Assembly: GCA_965221955.1 (NCBI GenBank)
Contig: CBDCTA010000003.1
Span: 1-64,000, forward strand
Direction: 5' to 3'
DNA: 64,000 nucleotides
Origin: Gammaproteobacteria bacterium
Lineage (GTDB): Bacteria > Pseudomonadota > Gammaproteobacteria > UBA4575
Position numbers and translations under genes: made by a program. This document shows, piece by piece, positions 61,739 through 64,000 of this stretch (positions are counted from its first letter, which is position 1; the number at the start of each line of letters is the position of its first letter). The notes beneath the pieces were generated by a model. The model searched no databases. It had not been told where the DNA came from and saw nothing but the letters and a program-made list of their open reading frames with translations.

Positions 61739-62635
61739 CTAATTAAAAATACTTGTAACAACTTCTTCAAATTTGTCCTGTTCAACAGGTTTGGTTAGAT
61801 AAGAATCACAACCTGCAAGTTTCCCTTTTACTTTGTCAAACGGAGAAGATTTACTCGTCAACATAATAATGGGGATGTTGCTGGTAAAACGGTTACGTTT
61901 GATACGTCTGCAAACTTCATAACCGTCTATGCCTGGCATCACTACATCCAGGAAAATAAAATCAAAATCTTTCTTTTGTAAAAATAACAGCGCATCTCTC
62001 CCGCTTGATGCAAGTTCTACGTCGTAGTCCATTAAGCGTAACTTCATGTCGAGTGCTTTTCTTACAGGCAAACTGTCATCGACAACGAGAGCTGTGCGTT
62101 TTTTGTATTCGGGTTCTAGTTTCGGTCGTTTTCCAATAAAAGTTTCTATTTCTTGTTTGGATAGTTCACTTTGATATTTCTGAGGGCCTGTTTTTGCGGC
62201 TTCTTTTTCAGCAGGTTCTTCAATACGTAATTCGGGTGTGTATTTGAGTTCCTTAACTGTGACTTCATCGAGACATTTCAGTATGCGTGATGGGAAAAAA
62301 GGCAGTTTGGTTGAGCTGTAATTTGGATCATTAAGTGTGTTACGACTGGCGAGCAAAGTAGGCATCATGCTATGGCCATTGCCATTAATGTATTTCTTTT
62401 GCCATTCTAGTTTTGCATTTGGATCATCAGCATTTACGATTAAGATATCTGCATCATTGTCTGTGTCAGAATTAAATAAAGTATAGGTGCGTGTGCGTCC
62501 TTGTGTGATTGCAAGAATACGTTTTAACACGTTTTTATCTTTTTCTTGTATTCCGCATAATTCAACACGAAAAGCTTGATCAGTTTCTCTCAAAATATTT
62601 CCCAACTTTATTTGTGCTAGATGCATCCTTTTCAT
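61739..62635 (-). CDS. pilG: PilG-like response regulator with extra N-terminal domain
   Basis: C-terminal REC (FLDVVMPGIDGY, MLTSKSSPFDKVKGKLAGCDSYLTKP) plus ~175-aa N-terminal extension. Confidence 0.75.
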   Translation of the reverse strand: MKRMHLAQIKLGNILRETDQAFRVELCGIQEKDKNVLKRILAITQGRTRTYTLFNSDTDNDADILIVNADDPNAKLEWQKKYINGNGHSMMPTLLASRNTLNDPNYSSTKLPFFPSRILKCLDEVTVKELKYTPELRIEEPAEKEAAKTGPQKYQSELSKQEIETFIGKRPKLEPEYKKRTALVVDDSLPVRKALDMKLRLMDYDVELASSGRDALLFLQKKDFDFIFLDVVMPGIDGYEVCRRIKRNRFTSNIPIIMLTSKSSPFDKVKGKLAGCDSYLTKPVEQDKFEEVVTSIFN

Positions 62636-62966
62636 GCACCTGAAAATTTCATAGAAATAGGGTGATAATGAGACTTTAGACGCTCTTTGACCTATGACAG
62701 CAAGAACAAGATTGAATGGATATTTTTAGCTGATACAGCGCAAAATAGCTTGTTTTTTCAGCTAATATAAGCCAAATGTTAAAAGAAATATGATAGAAAT
62801 TTTTGAGTAATTAAGGTTTTTTTAATTAGAGAAAGAAGGGCCAAAAGTTCCGAATATTTGTAATAAATAACTAAAAGTTTGTTATATATTCACGATATCA
62901 GGAGGTGGGTAAATTAGTGGTAGGAAGTATTAATGTGTTAAGAATATTAATCAAATAGTTCTAGAA

Positions 62967-63545
62967 TTATTCTCCATCATATACTTCAAGTTGAACATTG
63001 TTCATCGAGTAGCCTGCAAATCCATATTCGCTGTCAACACTATCAGTTGTCATTGTACCCGTAACCCAAACTGCATCATCTAACCATTTTTGTTTGAGTG
63101 GATTAATAGATTTTACATATACAATCTGATTAGAAGGAGGTGGGGGAACATGGATGCATGCACCAAAAAAAGGTGCAAGAAGAAATTCATTAAACGTACC
63201 TTTCTCAAAATCAAATTCTAATGGTACAACGTACCCTGGGATTTTAACGTATTCACCATTTAATTCAGGGACAATAGGTGCGGCTCTTAATTTATTTTGC
63301 ATTTCTTCATAAGCCATTTGCGCTTCCTCTGTATCATCATCAATTTCATCACCAAAACCTAAATTATCAAAGAATCCATCTAACATAGACTTTTGGCTTT
63401 TTTCTAGCGACTCAAAATAGCCTTCTGGAGCTAAATCGCCCCATTCTAAAATTCGCGCCTCTTTTGCTAACAATGCACCACTAATCCACAAGATTAAACT
63501 TATAAACAAGAAATAATAAATTACATTTGAGGTTTTAAAATTCAT
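62967..63545 (-). CDS. DUF3299 (ZrgD-like) exported protein
   Basis: KIPGYVVPLE, EFLLAPFFGACIHVPPPPSNQIV; start moved to ATG 63545, which overlaps the permease stop (ATGA). Confidence 0.9.
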   Translation of the reverse strand: MNFKTSNVIYYFLFISLILWISGALLAKEARILEWGDLAPEGYFESLEKSQKSMLDGFFDNLGFGDEIDDDTEEAQMAYEEMQNKLRAAPIVPELNGEYVKIPGYVVPLEFDFEKGTFNEFLLAPFFGACIHVPPPPSNQIVYVKSINPLKQKWLDDAVWVTGTMTTDSVDSEYGFAGYSMNNVQLEVYDGE

Positions 63546-64000
63546 AATCGAACTGTAAGTCCATCTTGTAAAGTTTTTCGGTAAGCATTGATTGCAGGAT
63601 AAAGTGCTGCGAGTAAACCGCCAATAATAACTGTGATTAACATTAGCCATTGGAACCTAGTAGGGGGTTGAAGTTCAACATTAAATCCAAATGCGTTGAT
63701 TAAGAAAGGATTAATTACGATTAAGAATATATATAAAAATGCTATACCAAATAGAATTCCCAGCATGACTAATATTTCAGACTCAATAACCATTAACGAA
63801 AAAATAGTCTTTGGTGACGCACCAACCGAACGAAGAATCGCAATTTCACGTCGTCTACCATTTAAGTTCGTTACAATAATAGATAGCATTCCAAATAAAC
63901 TAGTCAAAACAACAAATCCAGCAATTACAAAAAGTGCTTTTTCGATTATTTCTACGACTTTCCATAGCTCAAGTAATGCAATGCCAGGCATTATGGCTAA
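63542..64000 (-). CDS. ABC transporter permease (FtsX/MacB type, ZrgC-like), C-terminal part
   Basis: RRREIAILRSVGAS, PAINAYRKTLQDGL; frame open to window end. Confidence 0.9.
   Translation of the reverse strand, partial: LAIMPGIALLELWKVVEIIEKALFVIAGFVVLTSLFGMLSIIVTNLNGRRREIAILRSVGASPKTIFSLMVIESEILVMLGILFGIAFLYIFLIVINPFLINAFGFNVELQPPTRFQWLMLITVIIGGLLAALYPAINAYRKTLQDGLTVRL

Overview
64 kb of an AT-rich gammaproteobacterial chromosome, probably marine (taxonomy and habitat are inferred). Housekeeping blocks are tkt-gap-pgk-pyk-fba, glnK-amtB, bioD, purC/purEK, rpe-gph-trpEGDC with a Trp leader peptide, and nhaR-nhaA. Envelope and accessory modules lie between them: a giant DUF11/OmpA/beta-barrel protein with a DUF11-repeat partner, a TetR-controlled MMPL + LolA-like + barrel + SnoaL operon, a convergently arranged alpha-type chaperone-usher pilus locus whose chaperone is frameshifted, an AT-rich island facing nhaR (two HPF/RaiA paralogs, orphan SufU, YfdX-like gene, micro-ORF, candidate sRNA), Zur-boxed zinc uptake genes, and a Pil-Chp-like chemosensory cluster. 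The most unusual signal is non-coding. A family of ~45-50 nt twin-hairpin elements with A(N)GGA loops occurs at 17.9-18.1, 28.5-28.6 and 29.3 kb, with a single related hairpin at 54.3 kb. The copies conserve structure rather than sequence and appear inserted into hairpin loops or palindrome centres, once with a 5-bp duplication and once nested in an older copy. Their ~32-bp host palindromes and an attC-like site delimit a cassette-like array of orphan genes. No rRNA, tRNA, CRISPR array, transposase or integrase was recognised. All calls come from reading motifs by eye; no database search was run.
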